From assembly GCA_965113315.1 (NCBI GenBank), contig OZ220363.1: DNA of 64,000 bases. The stretch is one strand, 5' to 3'. Shown here piece after piece: positions 38,644 through 51,523 of this stretch (the stretch's first letter is position 1; each line of letters starts with the position of its first letter). The notes under the pieces are model-generated. The model had not been told where the DNA came from. It ran no database searches and saw only the letters and a program-made list of their open reading frames with translations. The translations under genes were made by a program, and so were the position numbers. Source of the DNA: Podarcis vaucheri. Its lineage: Eukaryota.

Positions 38644-40289
38644 CTGAAACAATTAAGACCATCAGATACAAGGTGTTACTATTAGTACAAAAAGCCCTAC
38701 ATGATTTGGAATCAGTTTACCTGAGGGGTCGCCTTCCCCCATACATTCCCACTCAACCACTTCATTCTGGCACCGTTACAGGTGCCACATAATACTCGTT
38801 CCACATTTGTAAGAATTGAATCTCTGTGGCATTCCAACAATTTGGAATTCCGTGCCTACAGATGTAAGGCAGGCCTCTTCATTATACTCTTTTCAAACCT
38901 GCTAAAAACAGGCAAGTCTACTCAGATACGTAGAATGTTTCCATGTATTTTCATCAGTCTTTCGCTTATCTCTGATTTTATTTATTATCTGAATGTTTTA
39001 AATAGCTGTTTTTACAAATGACTGTATTGTTTTATCCTTTTTGTAAACCTCTTTGAGGTTTTGGGTGTTGGTTTTGTTACACCGTCAAACAAATAAATAT
39101 TAAAAAAACATAAAAATTTACACCCAAAGCCCTTTTAGAACACTATGCTCAACTATGTATTAGCATCATGTGTATGAGCAATAGCGAGCCTCAAACTTGG
39201 GTGCCCTACCTCTTCCTCTGGCAGGGCCACAAAGAGATCGTAAGTTTTCACTGGTGTTTTAGAAACATAAGAAAACTTTAGTTTATGGTTTATTCAAAAG
39301 AAGCCAAAATCATAACTTAGCAACCCATTTTCCCAGGTGCTCTTCTGACTATGTGTTGGACATGCCATGTTCCAAGCACTGAAACTTTGCCCCATATGAC
39401 TCCTTCCACCATTCCCTCCATTTTAGCTTTCCTCACCAGTGTGAAATTAGGTGGAGGCTTCAGATTCCATACTCGTGCATTAGAGTCCATATGACCATAC
39501 CTGACTGAACAATTCTCCTGCTGCCATCAACCCACTCCCTGATCCTATAGCAGTAAAAATGAGGATTGATCTCTATGAAAAAACTACCATCTACTAAACA
39601 TCATAGATGATGCAGATCTAAGGAATACAAAGGATTCCGCCTCCCTTTGTATTCTACCCATTTTCTTTCCTATTCCTTCTATTTCCTTCCTTAATTGCAA
39701 TAAAGCTTCTTGGGTTTGACTGCATACTTTTATGATGCACCACACTTTTATGCTAACTAAACGCTTTGACCAAGAGAAAACAGGCTGAACTCGTTCAGCA
39801 GTAAGCGGGGAGATAAGAGTTGAAATTTGCATCAAACTCTCAAAATTCCTTTTGTTAAGAGGTTAGGTGAACTGAGAGGCAGTGGTAGACATAGGCCAAG
39901 ATGTCACCAGCTAGGCAAACCTTCAATGCAGTCCGAGCAATGTCCACAACAACCACTGTGATCTACAAAGCTACTGCAGGTGTGTAGAAGGGCTTGGGTA
40001 TATCACTTTACTTTTTTCTTTCAACAAATCCCCACGCCATCTCACAAATTGATTTGGTAAGTCTTCAATGGTTTGGGTATGTGACATGGAACCTGCTGTT
40101 CAAGAAAAACAAGCCCCCAACCCCTTCTCAATAGTGGAAAAAGTTGCAGTGTTCTTTAGATCTCAGTCTATATGTTAAGAATTCAACTGCTAAGACACCT
40201 AGTCAAAGTTTATTAGAAGTCTGGAATTTAGGAAAGCAATTAAACTAGTCCTCCCCAAGTCATAAACTAGTAACTAAAAACATATTCAG

Positions 40290-41830
40290 AGCCTGAAAAC
40301 AAACCTATGAATTCGAGTCATCTTTGCATAACCTTATTTCACTATGTATAACCCTTATTAGAAAGCACAAGGGATTATTTGGATGATTTGCTTAAAATTA
40401 TTTTTTACCGATGCTTAAGCAGATTAAACAATACCTTGGAGCCTGGAGGAATTTAAACCTCTTGACCCAGGGCAGGGCAGCCAAAGTTAAAATGGTTGCT
40501 GTGCCCAGGCTCCTGTTCATTTTCCAAGTGCTCCTTATTTTAATTCCAAGTAAAACTATTCAAGGCTGGCAATCAGCTCTCAACATGTTCATCTTGCAGG
40601 CCCGTAAAGCAAAACTTGCTACGTCTCTCATTTGCCAAGTCAAGAGCAGGAGGATGGGGCTTCCCCAACCTACAAACTTATTTTGATGTGCTTCAGTTAT
40701 GCCAGATGATCCCACAGTTAACCACTGATGACGTTAAATGCTGGATTTCCATCGAGAGCCCGGAGTCAACTTCCTGGCTGGCTTGCCAACCAAGATTATG
40801 GCTGTTATGGCGAAACCTGGGAAACTAGTTGTATGCTGAGTGTTTGGTGTAGATGGAGAGGGAAGTTAGTTTCCTCTCCATCTCTACTGACTCCCTCGCC
40901 TTTTTTTCATCATTATAAGGAAGTAGACAAACTAGCCTTGTGCAACAAGTTGCGAGAGCAAAAAATAGATTTGTTGAGCATCAAACATATCTCTCATTTT
41001 ATTAAAGACGAGGAATTACAGACTGGAGGCAGATTTTTGAAGAGATTTGAATCTCATGGTTCCAAGGGTTCTTGGAAGGGACTTGTTTCAACACTTTATG
41101 CTCTGGCTCCCTTTGAAAACCTTTGATTAGCATGGGGAGGCTGATATAGCCTTAGAAATCGATCCCTCACAATAGTCCAGAATGTGGTCCTCTAAACCTT
41201 TCATTTCAGTTTCAGCTCTGGTAGGGAAAATTCATTAAATACAGAAATGGTTTTTACCCCAGTACGTTTAAGCCACGTGCTAAAAGGGTGCTTCCCATTT
41301 TGTTGGTGGAGTTGCAATGTGAAAGGCTCAGTGGTTTTTGAACTCAGTACCATCACCAGGCCAAAGATCTATAGGTCTATCCAGGTTGTGCTTATTTTCC
41401 ACGTTTGTAGGAGATAATTCCAATTTACATAGCAAGATACTGATAACTCATTTGCTAACAGCTGCTCCTTTAGTTGTGACTCAAGGCTGGAAAGACCCTT
41501 CTATGTACTCTATTACAAACTGGTTATAAAAAGCTTTACTTATAGCCACAACAGAGAAATTGACCCACCAACTCCAGGTTCTCAGAGGGGAAGTGGACCG
41601 ATTGGACTTTGCAGCTGTCTGGTGGTTTTTTTGTAGCTTGTTTAACAACACAGTCACACAAATGAGAAATTCCATCTAGGTTTGATTTCATCTGGTGCTG
41701 TTTTTGATTAGATGAGTTTTTGATTCGCTGTTTACATCTTATCTTGGAATACTGTCACACTGCTTCTTTTGTACAAGTTTTTTTAAAATGATTTTCTTTA
41801 TTTCTTTTGTCTTTTTACCTTTTGTTGAAT
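40290..41830 (+). mobile_element. decayed L1 ORF2 3' half
   Basis: frameshifted pieces VKMVAVPRLLFIFQVL, GGWGFPNLQTYF, RMWSSKPF, THLLTAA and EKLTHQL are collinear with the C-terminal half of the intact L1 ORF2. Confidence 0.8.
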
Positions 41831-41945
41831 TCTTGAAATAATCTCTTAGTCTTGCTTATTATATATTTAATAAAATAATAAAAGCAAGTTTAAAAAAGAA
41901 AAGAAAATGCTCTAGCAAATTATTGTGAAGCATACATTTGATTAC

Positions 41946-42024
41946 CTTGTAACGGTGGTTTTTGTGAATGCTGTTCTGGAAACAATCCATGCAGAGTACA
42001 CAAGTTGGATCAATTGCACAGTCT
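41946..42024 (-). CDS. UBR1: UBR1 exon 3 (79 nt; UBR box)
   Basis: [26 protein letters not shown]. Confidence 0.96.
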
Positions 42025-42672
42025 CTGCAACAAAAGTAAGAAACCACTGTATAACCACCCACTCCAAAACATCACAAACCTGCCATATTCCAGCAACGCT
42101 GGTAGCAAAGTTTTAGACACTCTATTCATTTTCAGTCGAAGTATGAACATTACAAATTCAATATTAATATTTTGGCTTCAATATTAGGTGCAACTATTTA
42201 ACATGGAACTGCAGTTTGTTCAGAAGTAAAGGCAAAAGCTTTCACTCTCTTGTTCATGAAGAAGAGGAAATGTGCAGCCCCAAGGCTCACCAAGACTTGT
42301 CTCCCTGCACCTGAACTACGGTTCAGTTCTCTATCGAAACTGAGTCACCATGTTATAATAGCGGTCAAGTTATTGTAAAAATATTTATTATTTAAAAAAT
42401 ATTTAGACCCTTCATGCTCACAGATACCTGGTGGTATATAAACTATTTAGAAGCAGTTAAAACAACATAGCAGACTAATCAACATGAACTACACAAACTG
42501 CAACATGCATAAAGGTTTGACCTAGTGCCTAAAAATCACGAAGTCAGTGCTAGCCATGCCTCTACAGGGAGAGTACTTCAAACTCAGGGCAGCACAGAGT
42601 AGGCTTTCTCCCTTTTTGTTATATAATGTACTTCCCCTAGCAAGAGTACACAGAGAAAAGCCTTAACTGAAG

Positions 42673-42741
42673 ATCATAGAATCATAGAGTTGGAATAGAC
42701 CACAAGGGCCATCGAGTCCAACCCCCTACCAAGCAGGAAAC
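42673..42741 (-). mobile_element. short CR1 3' end inserted into an L2 remnant
   Basis: catagaatcatagagttggaatagaccacaagggccatcgagtcc, near-identical (reverse complement) to the 3' end of the CR1 at 26000-26060. Confidence 0.85.
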
Positions 42742-42828
42742 AGATCTTGAGACTCCAGTAGGTTGATATAAAGAGAGGCACTCCTTCAGGTATTTGAACC
42801 TTCGGCCTTAAAGTTAAATGGCAGTATC

Positions 42829-43270
42829 GACTATATGGAACTGGCGGAAATGACTGGCAGAATCCGAGACCAGGGAGAAGAGTCGGTGGAAGAAGATTGG
42901 AAGAAATTTAAAGACTATCTTCAGAAATATTGTAAAATTAATGAATGTTAGAATGATGTTGGATAGAAACTAAGTGGTCTTTAGCTGTAATGTTATAAGA
43001 GAATACGAGAAAATGGTTATTAACAGGTAAAAACTTAATGTTATAATATTTTAAAATTGAAGATTAAGATGATTGAAGAGGGGAGGGATTTGCTGAATTA
43101 AAAATTTGAATTGGAATACAGAAAAGGGAGGCGTGAGGAGGTCCGGGAAATAAGCAAATGAAAATATGTGATGGAAAGACTGAATTGTTTTTAACTATTT
43201 TTATTTTGTATTTTTTCTTTTTTTTCTGGTAACTTTTTTGAAAATCTCAATAAATATCTTTTTAAAAAAA
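42829..43270 (+). mobile_element. 5'-truncated L1 3' end with long TSD
   Basis: DYMELAEMT..EDWKKFKDYL ORF end, AATAAA plus A-tail; TTAAAGTTAAATGGCAGTATC at 42808-42828 and 43271-43291 (TT/AAAG-type target). Confidence 0.85.
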
Positions 43271-43810
43271 TTAAAGTTAAATGGCAGTATCCTGCATAGG
43301 GCTTAGAAGCAAGTAGGTAATCAATGCAGTTTTTGCAAAATAAATATAATGTGATTCAGCCTAGTTACACTAGTTAAAAGTCTGGCAGTCACATTCTGTG
43401 CTAACTGAAGTTTCCAGGTTGTCTTCCTGGGCAGCCCCACCTACAAATGCATTACAACAGCAGCAGACAGCTGCAGCTCTACACCTCACTGGGAGCTGGG
43501 GGACTAGATGTAAGTAACAGGGGTTTTCTCAACTCCCCATGTCCCAGGCCCAGCTGCTGTGCCCATGTCTTTTAAATGAAAGTTTATCTGCTTTTACCAT
43601 TGTTTTCCCTTTTATTTTAAGTTGCAAGACTCCCCTCTTCCCCTATCCCTGTTATCACTTGCCCTTATATGACTATTGCCTTATACTAGTATCCTCAGAA
43701 AGTGCAAACGTATTAGAAATACATGATGCACCAAATCTATTTTGCAATCTGCATGTTGCTGTGTCACATAACAGTAGGAAATACTGAAGAGCAAGAGTGT
43801 AATTATTCAC

Positions 43811-44067
43811 CTGCATGAATATGTTGTCTCTCCACCTTTGAACACCTTTCCACAGAGCTGAGGAGTGCCACTCTGCCGTAGCTTCTCTAGACAGATATCT
43901 GGATCTTCACCGAACAGATACCACTCCAGAGGGTAAAGTATGGTCATCTGAGCTATTTCTTCCTCCTTCTCTGGCAAGGGATCCATTTCATCAAAATAAA
44001 TGTCCGGAACAACTTTTGCCAGATGCTGAAGAAAGGCAGTATGAAAGTCAAGCTTCTCGTCCCACCA
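43811..44067 (-). CDS. UBR1: UBR1 exon 2 (257 nt)
   Basis: [25 protein letters not shown]...[17 protein letters not shown]. Confidence 0.96.
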
Positions 44068-44567
44068 CTGCAAGAAACACAAAAGTATACTTAGACATTG
44101 GCGGGGGGCCTGGATAATCGGAGCACATGAACAGGCATTCTTTCATGTATCATGATCTCAAGCTAAGCTGTACAGGACTTTAAAGAGAAAAGTAACTGCT
44201 TTGAATTGTACTTGGAAAGAGGCCGGTAATCAATGAAGATGCTTAAGAACTGGCGATATATGTTTCTTTCAATCCTGGACAAAAGCTCTGAAGCTGCCAT
44301 TTCCAAAAGCCTTCAGGAGCTACAGGCATGAGTTAGCTGTCCTCAGCTCCTCCTTTTCTTCCCCCACCCTCAGATCTTTATAGCTATGAAGCATCAGGAG
44401 AAGCTACAAGAGGGATGACTCACTTGATACAATACTCTAGAAGCATTTCTCCCATTACAATCAACTTCATCAGCATAACCACACTTTCCTAATAGCGGGC
44501 TATAACTGTTCATAACAGGATTACAACTGGCATACAATATAACAAGTGGGAAAATGCTCCACTTGTA

Positions 44568-44673
44568 AATCATAGAATTGCAGAGTTGGAAGAGACCATG
44601 AGGGTCATCTAGTCCAACCCCCTGTTTCCCAACAAAACCCACAACCCTGAGATTAAGAGTCTCATGCTCTACC
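44568..44673 (-). mobile_element. tRNA-Lys(CTT)-derived SINE fragment with CR1-type tail
   Basis: ggtagagcatgagactcttaatctcagggttgtgggtt (tRNA-Lys anticodon arm) fused to ggggttggactagatgacc..attctatgatt. Confidence 0.75.
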
Positions 44674-46656
44674 ATTGCAGCAATGTTAGCTTAAGCCGGG
44701 TTGAGCATCATTCTAGCTACAAAAAGTCATAAAATTAGATGCCAGCATGTATACGTGATTTACAAACATACTCCCATATGCCATTCAACCAACATTTTCC
44801 CCAAAGGCACCAAGGAATAGTTTCTGATTATGATGATGACAATAATGATGATGATGATTTCTCACCCACTCTTCACCAGAAGGTGCCAGAGCTGGTTACA
44901 ACACAGTCAAAAGAATATGGCTGATCCGAATATATCAGTTGTTAAAAGACAGATAAAGTAATGGTTTATACATCACCATAGCAAGGATGGGAAAGAGTGC
45001 CAGACTGGGTCAGGGTAGACAATGGTTCAATTCCCGACTCAGCCACTCTGAATACCAAGTGCTGAAGGCAAACAATAAGGAAATAATACTTTGTTCATGC
45101 TTGGTTGTTAAGTATATCTGAGGCATCTGAGAGTAGGCTAGAGTAAATAAACCCCTGATGTGATCCAGGAGAACACTTACATTCTCATGACCTGCTACCA
45201 AGGGAGAGGTGCTATATGTTTCCTGTTCCACGGAACTTCCATCAAGCCCAGAGATCACATGTGGAAATCCACAGTGTTTGTATTTGTTTTTATATATTCT
45301 ATACAACTTTTCTTTCATAAAGAGGTTAACATAATTGTAAAGCTGTAACATCTGAAGTACTATGTTACAGCAGTAAAACAATAATAATTACATCATTTAA
45401 AACAGCCAATAAATTACAATTTTAAGTACTGCTTGCTGATAATTTTTTATCCTGTTCGTATGGTGGTTCTATTCCCATTTTACCCACCTTGTAAGGTTGG
45501 ATTGAGAGGGAGACTGACCATCTCAAAGTTACCCAGTTGGCTTTGTGGCTGAGCAAAGATTTAAACGTGACTCTTCCCAGTCGAAGTCCACTGCACCATT
45601 CTACCTCACATCTCAAAATGATTCCAGGCTAACATACTGAACACTTGGGAGCAAGGCCTCCACATCAGATTTCAAACAAAAGGCTCATCATTGGACAAAT
45701 GGATTCTGTTCGATAGTCTGCCCTTGGTTTTTTAGGGTTTAAAATAGTCTTGAAAATTATTCAACAAAAGTTGCTAGGCCACCTGCAGGCATATTAGTCA
45801 TGTGTGGAACATCAAAGGCCAAAATGAACAGGCAGCACCTTTTCCTAATAGCTAAATAATAGCCTATAATCAATCCTAGCTCATAAAGCCATCTCTGATT
45901 AACACCCTGCCATCCTCACTGAATTATCTGGCACACTGCACAGTACAATCAGTACTTGAAAAAGGGAAGAGGACACAATTCTAAAATCAGCAAGAAAATA
46001 AATTACATGAGTTACACCTTGTAATATTTTTCATTTTAAAAGCTCACTGAAAAGCTCACTAGCAAAGACAGGGCAAAGTCCTCCCCTCTTCATTTAGATA
46101 CATGTTCTCTGCTTCTTACAAAAGCTTCTTATATTGAATTACGTGGAAATGCAAAGTCGAAACATTGAAAAAGTCTAATTTCAATGTAGTTTCTCTGAAC
46201 CCCTTCAATTTTACTCAAGTTTTGCATCAGTAAAGACAATAAGTATCTTTATTAACTTCTGTATTTAAAAAATAACTATATTCTTATAATGTGCCTTCAG
46301 CAGAATCAATATTAACATGCTAAATCCCAAGAGGAAATGCAAAAAAGTCAATGAATGGGCTAGCACTTTATTTAAATATTGTGCAAGTCTACACGATCCT
46401 TTTTAAATCCCGTGAGGAAATGCAAAACAAAATCAATACAGGCAACATTTTATTAAGATACAGTATTTCATTTTAATTTCATATTTAACTTGTTATTATT
46501 TCCAACACTAGATTCCTAGTATTGTGCACATCAAAAAATAAAGCTGCTATAAATTGCGGAATCTGCTGTCATCTTCAGACCCACGTTTCAAGATTATTAG
46601 TAAGGCTGCAATCCTAAACCTACTTACGGTACCTGGGAGTAAATCCCATTTAATTA

Positions 46657-46917
46657 CAGTGGTGCCTCGCAAGACGAAATTAATCCGTTCCGCGAGTCTC
46701 TTCGTCTTGCGGTTTTTTCGTCTTGCGAAGCACGGCTATTAGCGGCTTAGCGGCTATTAGCGGCTTTAAAAAAAAGGAAACAAACTCGCAAGACGTTTCG
46801 TCTTGCGAAGCAAGCCCATAGGGAAATTCGTCTTGCGGAACGACTCAAAAAACGGAAAACTCTTTCGTCTTGCGCGCTTTTCGTCTTGCGAGGCATTCGT
46901 CTTGCGAGGTACCACTG
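46657..46917. mobile_element. Tc1/mariner-type MITE, CpG-rich with internal CGTCTTGCG repeats
   Basis: TIRs CAGTGGTGCCTCGCAAGACGAA / TTCGTCTTGCGAGGTACCACTG; TA TSD. Confidence 0.92.
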
Positions 46918-49900
46918 TAAGTAGACACGGTAAGGGTCATTAGTGGTTCCAACATCTCTCTTGCCACTGCATATTACAAAATTGTTCTTCACATGGGATT
47001 AATTAGTTAATTAAAGTTAGAGAAGGTTGGCCATCTTTTAGGACAAAGGTCCTCTATACTTAATTGGCACTGGACCCCACCCAAACTTTTTCAAATCACC
47101 CATAATCAATCCCTAAAATGTTGAAGGGTGTGTGATGCTTTGGGATCCCAGATCTGTATGTTGTAGGACTGCGCCCCGGCACAATAATTTCAGCAAAATG
47201 TCTTTTCTGAAATTTCTATTATAATTTATCATAAACTGATATCAGAGGGCAATATCAATTCTTAGATTACTTCTTGGGCTTTGGTTTCCTAGTCAATAGC
47301 TGCTGTCAGAATGGAAAAGCTGTCAGGTGGAAAACATGAGGAAATCTTTACATTCCTAGTTTATTCATGTGTAGAAAACAGCACTTTCTGAATGCTTGCC
47401 TCAGCATGGCAGAGTAATAAATGGACAATGTGATAAATGGACAATGTAAGAAGGATAAGTTCTTCAGTACATGGTCATTGTTTACAGATTACATTAGCAA
47501 GGCAGTACTGCTACTACAACTGCCTGTAGCACATGTATTGTTATGGAGAAGCTTAATTTAACCTTAAAATATCATCATATGTACCTTAATTTTACCAACT
47601 GAAACTGACATATTGGCAAACTGTACTTCAAGTTTTGTTTTATTTCTGTTTACTGTTCCACTATGGAAAACCAATAAAACAGATTTCTTTCTTTTTTTAA
47701 AGTCCTCTCACAAAGTAGCTTCCATAAAAACCAAAACCACAATACACATAGCAAAAAGATAAAATCCAACAACAATAAAATAACTGTAGGAGTATAAATA
47801 GCAATACCAGAGAAGCATAAAACTATCAAAACCAGCTAAAATACTTAATACCACTTTAGCATCAAATTCATACCAATACTACTACAAAGGTTTCTGGATT
47901 TTAGAGGTAGCCCCCCCCCCCGAGTGAATTACAGTATTGAACATCACTACCACATGAGAAGCCAGGACTGTGTCCATCCTCTCTAGATATGGTTGCACAC
48001 AAGCCTAAACTGGCAATCTGAACTCCTAGCCACTGTCACCATCACTGCAACATGTGGTTCCATCTACAATATCAAGTCCAAGAGAACCCTCTCTAGACAA
48101 GCTTATCTGGAAACTTCTTTGTGGTTTTTTCAGCACCAGATGAAGACCTTCTAATTCACCCAGGTTTTAAAATTGTTTTAAATCTGGACTGTAAACTGCT
48201 TTATGTCGTCTCTAAATGGAGCAATAATTATATATTGTTGGGTTTTAACTTAATTGTATATTCCGTTTTTGATACTTTTGTTGTAAGCCCCCTAGGGAAC
48301 GTTTATTTATGGGCAGCTGTTGTGAATTATAATTATTTAGAATTATTTAAATAATAAGTAAGTCCCTAGTTGTGAATTTTGTCCTTCAGGGATAGTTCAG
48401 AGCTGGTTGCATACCCCCATCTGGATCAACCCATTTCCTTATCCAGAGCAGCCCACATCTTGTCTGAATTAAGCTTCAGCTTGTTCTTCTCATGCACCCT
48501 AAAACTTTCTTCAAATACCAGTTCAATAAGTCCATAGCCTCATCAGGATAGAGGGAAGCGTGGATTAGACATGCATGCCTTCTGTGTACTGATGACACTG
48601 CAACCCAACCAGTCTTCTTTTCGCAATCTCATGCCTTGAGCGTGGTTTGAACTACGGAAAGGTGGCATACAAACAAAATTTTGTACGGATGTAAATAACA
48701 CAGGGCACAAGAGAAAACTTTGAGGCACATTCTGAGCCATAGGTATAGAAGTCTCCAGCATCATCTGCCAGGATGAGTCCTCCAGGAGGAGTAGAGCTAC
48801 TCTAACTCGGAGCTGCCCGAGCTCAAGGCAACAAGAGAACCAATCAGCTTGCACTTCCCATATCCATTCTCCAGCATAAGACACCTGCCAAGGTAACCAA
48901 GGCCGTTTCTATTCTAAACACAAGCCTCAACCCAGACTGGAATAGATTCAAATAATTAATATCACCCCAGACCACTTTGAGTGCCTTTCTATTGATGTTT
49001 TCCTTTCCCATATCTGATACATATGATAGTTGATAAAGTTATAGTTCCCTTCAAAAATACATGAATCCGTGTCCAATCATCTCCCGCTCACATGCACTTT
49101 AAAAAAATAAACAGAATATATGTGTGTGTGCCCTTCTTATTTGACATGGTAAGTTGGACAACATATGTCCCTGGCTGCCTGCAAGCCATCTCCCTTTATG
49201 CCAATAAATTAGGTTATGATACTGCCACCTTTCCTGTTAATAAAGATGAAAACATTTTAACACGGTATTCACTAAGTTTAGTTGCTCTGGAAGTTCAGAC
49301 AGCTCAAAAGAGAAAGAAATGGCTGGAACTGGAATGCAGTTTGTTTTGTTAAAGTAGAAACTGAAACCAATTTTGAATATGAAAAGTCAATGCTAAACAA
49401 GTAGTATATGCACTATCTCAAATAATAATGATCTATTTTAGGTACCTTCTGCTCATTTCTCTATTTCTTATCACTTCAGGCTTCCAGTCCTCCCATTTTA
49501 CACTTTCCAGTTTCCTCATGCTATCATTTCACTTCTCTTTCTGCACATTTAGGTCTGCCTATCATTCTGCACATTTGGTTATTACCAGTCCACTTTCTTT
49601 TTCTATTTCTGGCTTTTACACATTAACTCCTTTCCATGAAGAAATCATTTAATGAAAAACCCTGTCAAATTTGTTTCACACTATTTCCAAGAATGTCTTG
49701 CCTAGGAACACGACATATAAATTCTGGCTACGCTGTTCCTTTTACTCAGAACAGCATATGCACTTCCTGAAAACCCACTATTTCCTTGAACTGTTATTTC
49801 ATACTGTTAAGTAGCAAGTCCTTGAGTTGTCTATGTATTTTGCCTGTTTATGTGTCAATAGCATCAGTATCAACATGTATTAAACTGATGCACTTTTAGA

Positions 49901-50649
49901 ATGACAGTAGACAGAATAAAACCAAAATTAACTATAAAAAAAGAACAGTCTGAGCATTGCATTTGTTTATTACACCTTGAAAGTGTTTATGAGATTAAAT
50001 TAATATATTTGGAAAGGGTTAGGTACTTTACTAAAACGTTAACTAGAGAACTGGTGGAGGGGGGAAATCTGGCATTGCTGGTCACCACACGGGAGCCATT
50101 TGTAAATAAACACACACTATCATAAACATATTTAAAAGAACTATGTCATATCAGACCCAGTGAGTTTGATGTGGCTTAATCTTTTCTTAGTGTTATTGTG
50201 GCCTAAAAAGAAAAAAACAAAACAATCCACTAAGCCCAACCAGAATTAGGAGGAAGAAGGTAAGATCTTTGGACTCAGCCCTTTCCTCTGTCCCAACTTT
50301 ACAATAACAAAATCTTCTGCTTGATCACAACCACTGCCCTAGATTAAAATCCTCATTTTAACTGGTAGTGCCCTGCCTGTTCGCGGCTCAAGAGAAGATC
50401 TTCTCAAGACCGGGAGAGAGGAGGGGACGCTCACATTTAAGACAACAGCTGCGGCTCATAGCAAGTCGCCTGTTTTAGACACCATAAGGAGCGCGAAGCA
50501 AAGGTCCTAATTCTTGCCGGTCATTTAAACGGAAGCATGCATGCTGTGTGGCACACCGTGCAGGTGCCCACTTCCAACACCTGACAGAGGGGCAGAGATT
50601 AACCGTTTGCAGAGCAGCGGGCAATTGGGAATTAGCAGGAGCCAGACCC

Positions 50650-51290
50650 CGAGCACTTCTGGAAAAGAGCCCCTTCCAGACATGCAAGGAAGCAGCCGGC
50701 AGCCCCGTGAATGCGGGCGACGTGGGGCGTTGTTACCCGCGGGGAACAGACTCCCCCCTTCCTACGGCACAAGCTGACGGGGAGGCTTCCAGCGCCCAGC
50801 CCACAGGGCTGCCAAGCCCACGCGGCGGCGGCGGCATCTCACCCTGGCCAACTCCGAGGGTTTCGCAGCGGGGGCAGCGCCTCCCGCTCCAGCCATCCCT
50901 CCGGCTCCGTCGCCTGCGTCCGCCATCTTAGGAGACCTGCCAATCTCCAAGCCGAGCCCCGCCGCGGCCCCACCGGAAACCAGCTGCGGGGGGAGGGGGG
51001 AGGAGCGGCGGAGGGGGGGATTCGCCCAAAAAACTTGACCCGACGCCCAGCGCTGGAAACCGAGGCGAATTTGGTCCTGGGCGACACTGAGCATGCGCGG
51101 CAGATCGCACACGCATGCTCAGGAGAACGCTCCACCACTGCCGGGAGAGGAGGGCGCCGGTGCAGCCACGGCTTGTTAAGCGGGCGGGAGATGCAGAGCG
51201 CGAGGAAGTGGCGCTTTTTAGCTCTGTGTTTCATTAGGGAGTCATCTCGGAAAGCTTTTCTACGACCTGCTTAAGCTTCCGTCCGGCACA
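50650..51290 (-). promoter_or_regulatory. UBR1 CpG-island promoter
   Basis: GC/CpG-rich; YY1-like AAGATGGCGG over the start codon (50920-50929); paired NRF1-like GCATGCG sites at 51087-51122; ETS-like GGAAG/CCGGAA motifs. Confidence 0.8.
50843..50926 (-). CDS. UBR1: UBR1 exon 1 coding part (84 nt)
   Basis: aagATGGCG Kozak; MADAGDGAGGMAGAGGAAPAAKPSELAR; gtgaga donor; phase 0 matches exon 2. Confidence 0.88.
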
Positions 51291-51523
51291 CACATATCTG
51301 GAGACAAGGGGGCCAACTTGAATAAAATATGGGGGGGCACATAAAGCCCCTTCTCCATAATCAATCTCACTCGCACCATTCAGTTTGGGGGGGGCAACGC
51401 CCTCAAATATTTTATTGGGGTAGGGGGGCAGTGCCGGATTTATGTAGAAGCTAACCAAGCTACAGCTTAGGGCCCCACTCTCTTGGGGGCCCCAAAAAAA
51501 TTTAAAGGGGAAAAAACCCTTCG

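Noticed and set aside
44637-44673. tRNA-Lys(CTT) gene
   Set aside because: Only the D-arm end and anticodon arm are present; the T-loop and acceptor stem are missing and the sequence is fused to a CR1-type tail, so it is a SINE fragment
46657-46917. CRISPR-like or regulatory array of CGTCTTGCG repeats
   Set aside because: Internal repeats of a TIR-bounded MITE in a eukaryotic genome; no regular spacers
50475-51274. Overlapping 60-187 aa ORFs near the UBR1 start
   Set aside because: Stop-poor GC-rich CpG island; only the 28-codon UBR1 exon 1 has supporting splice and homology context
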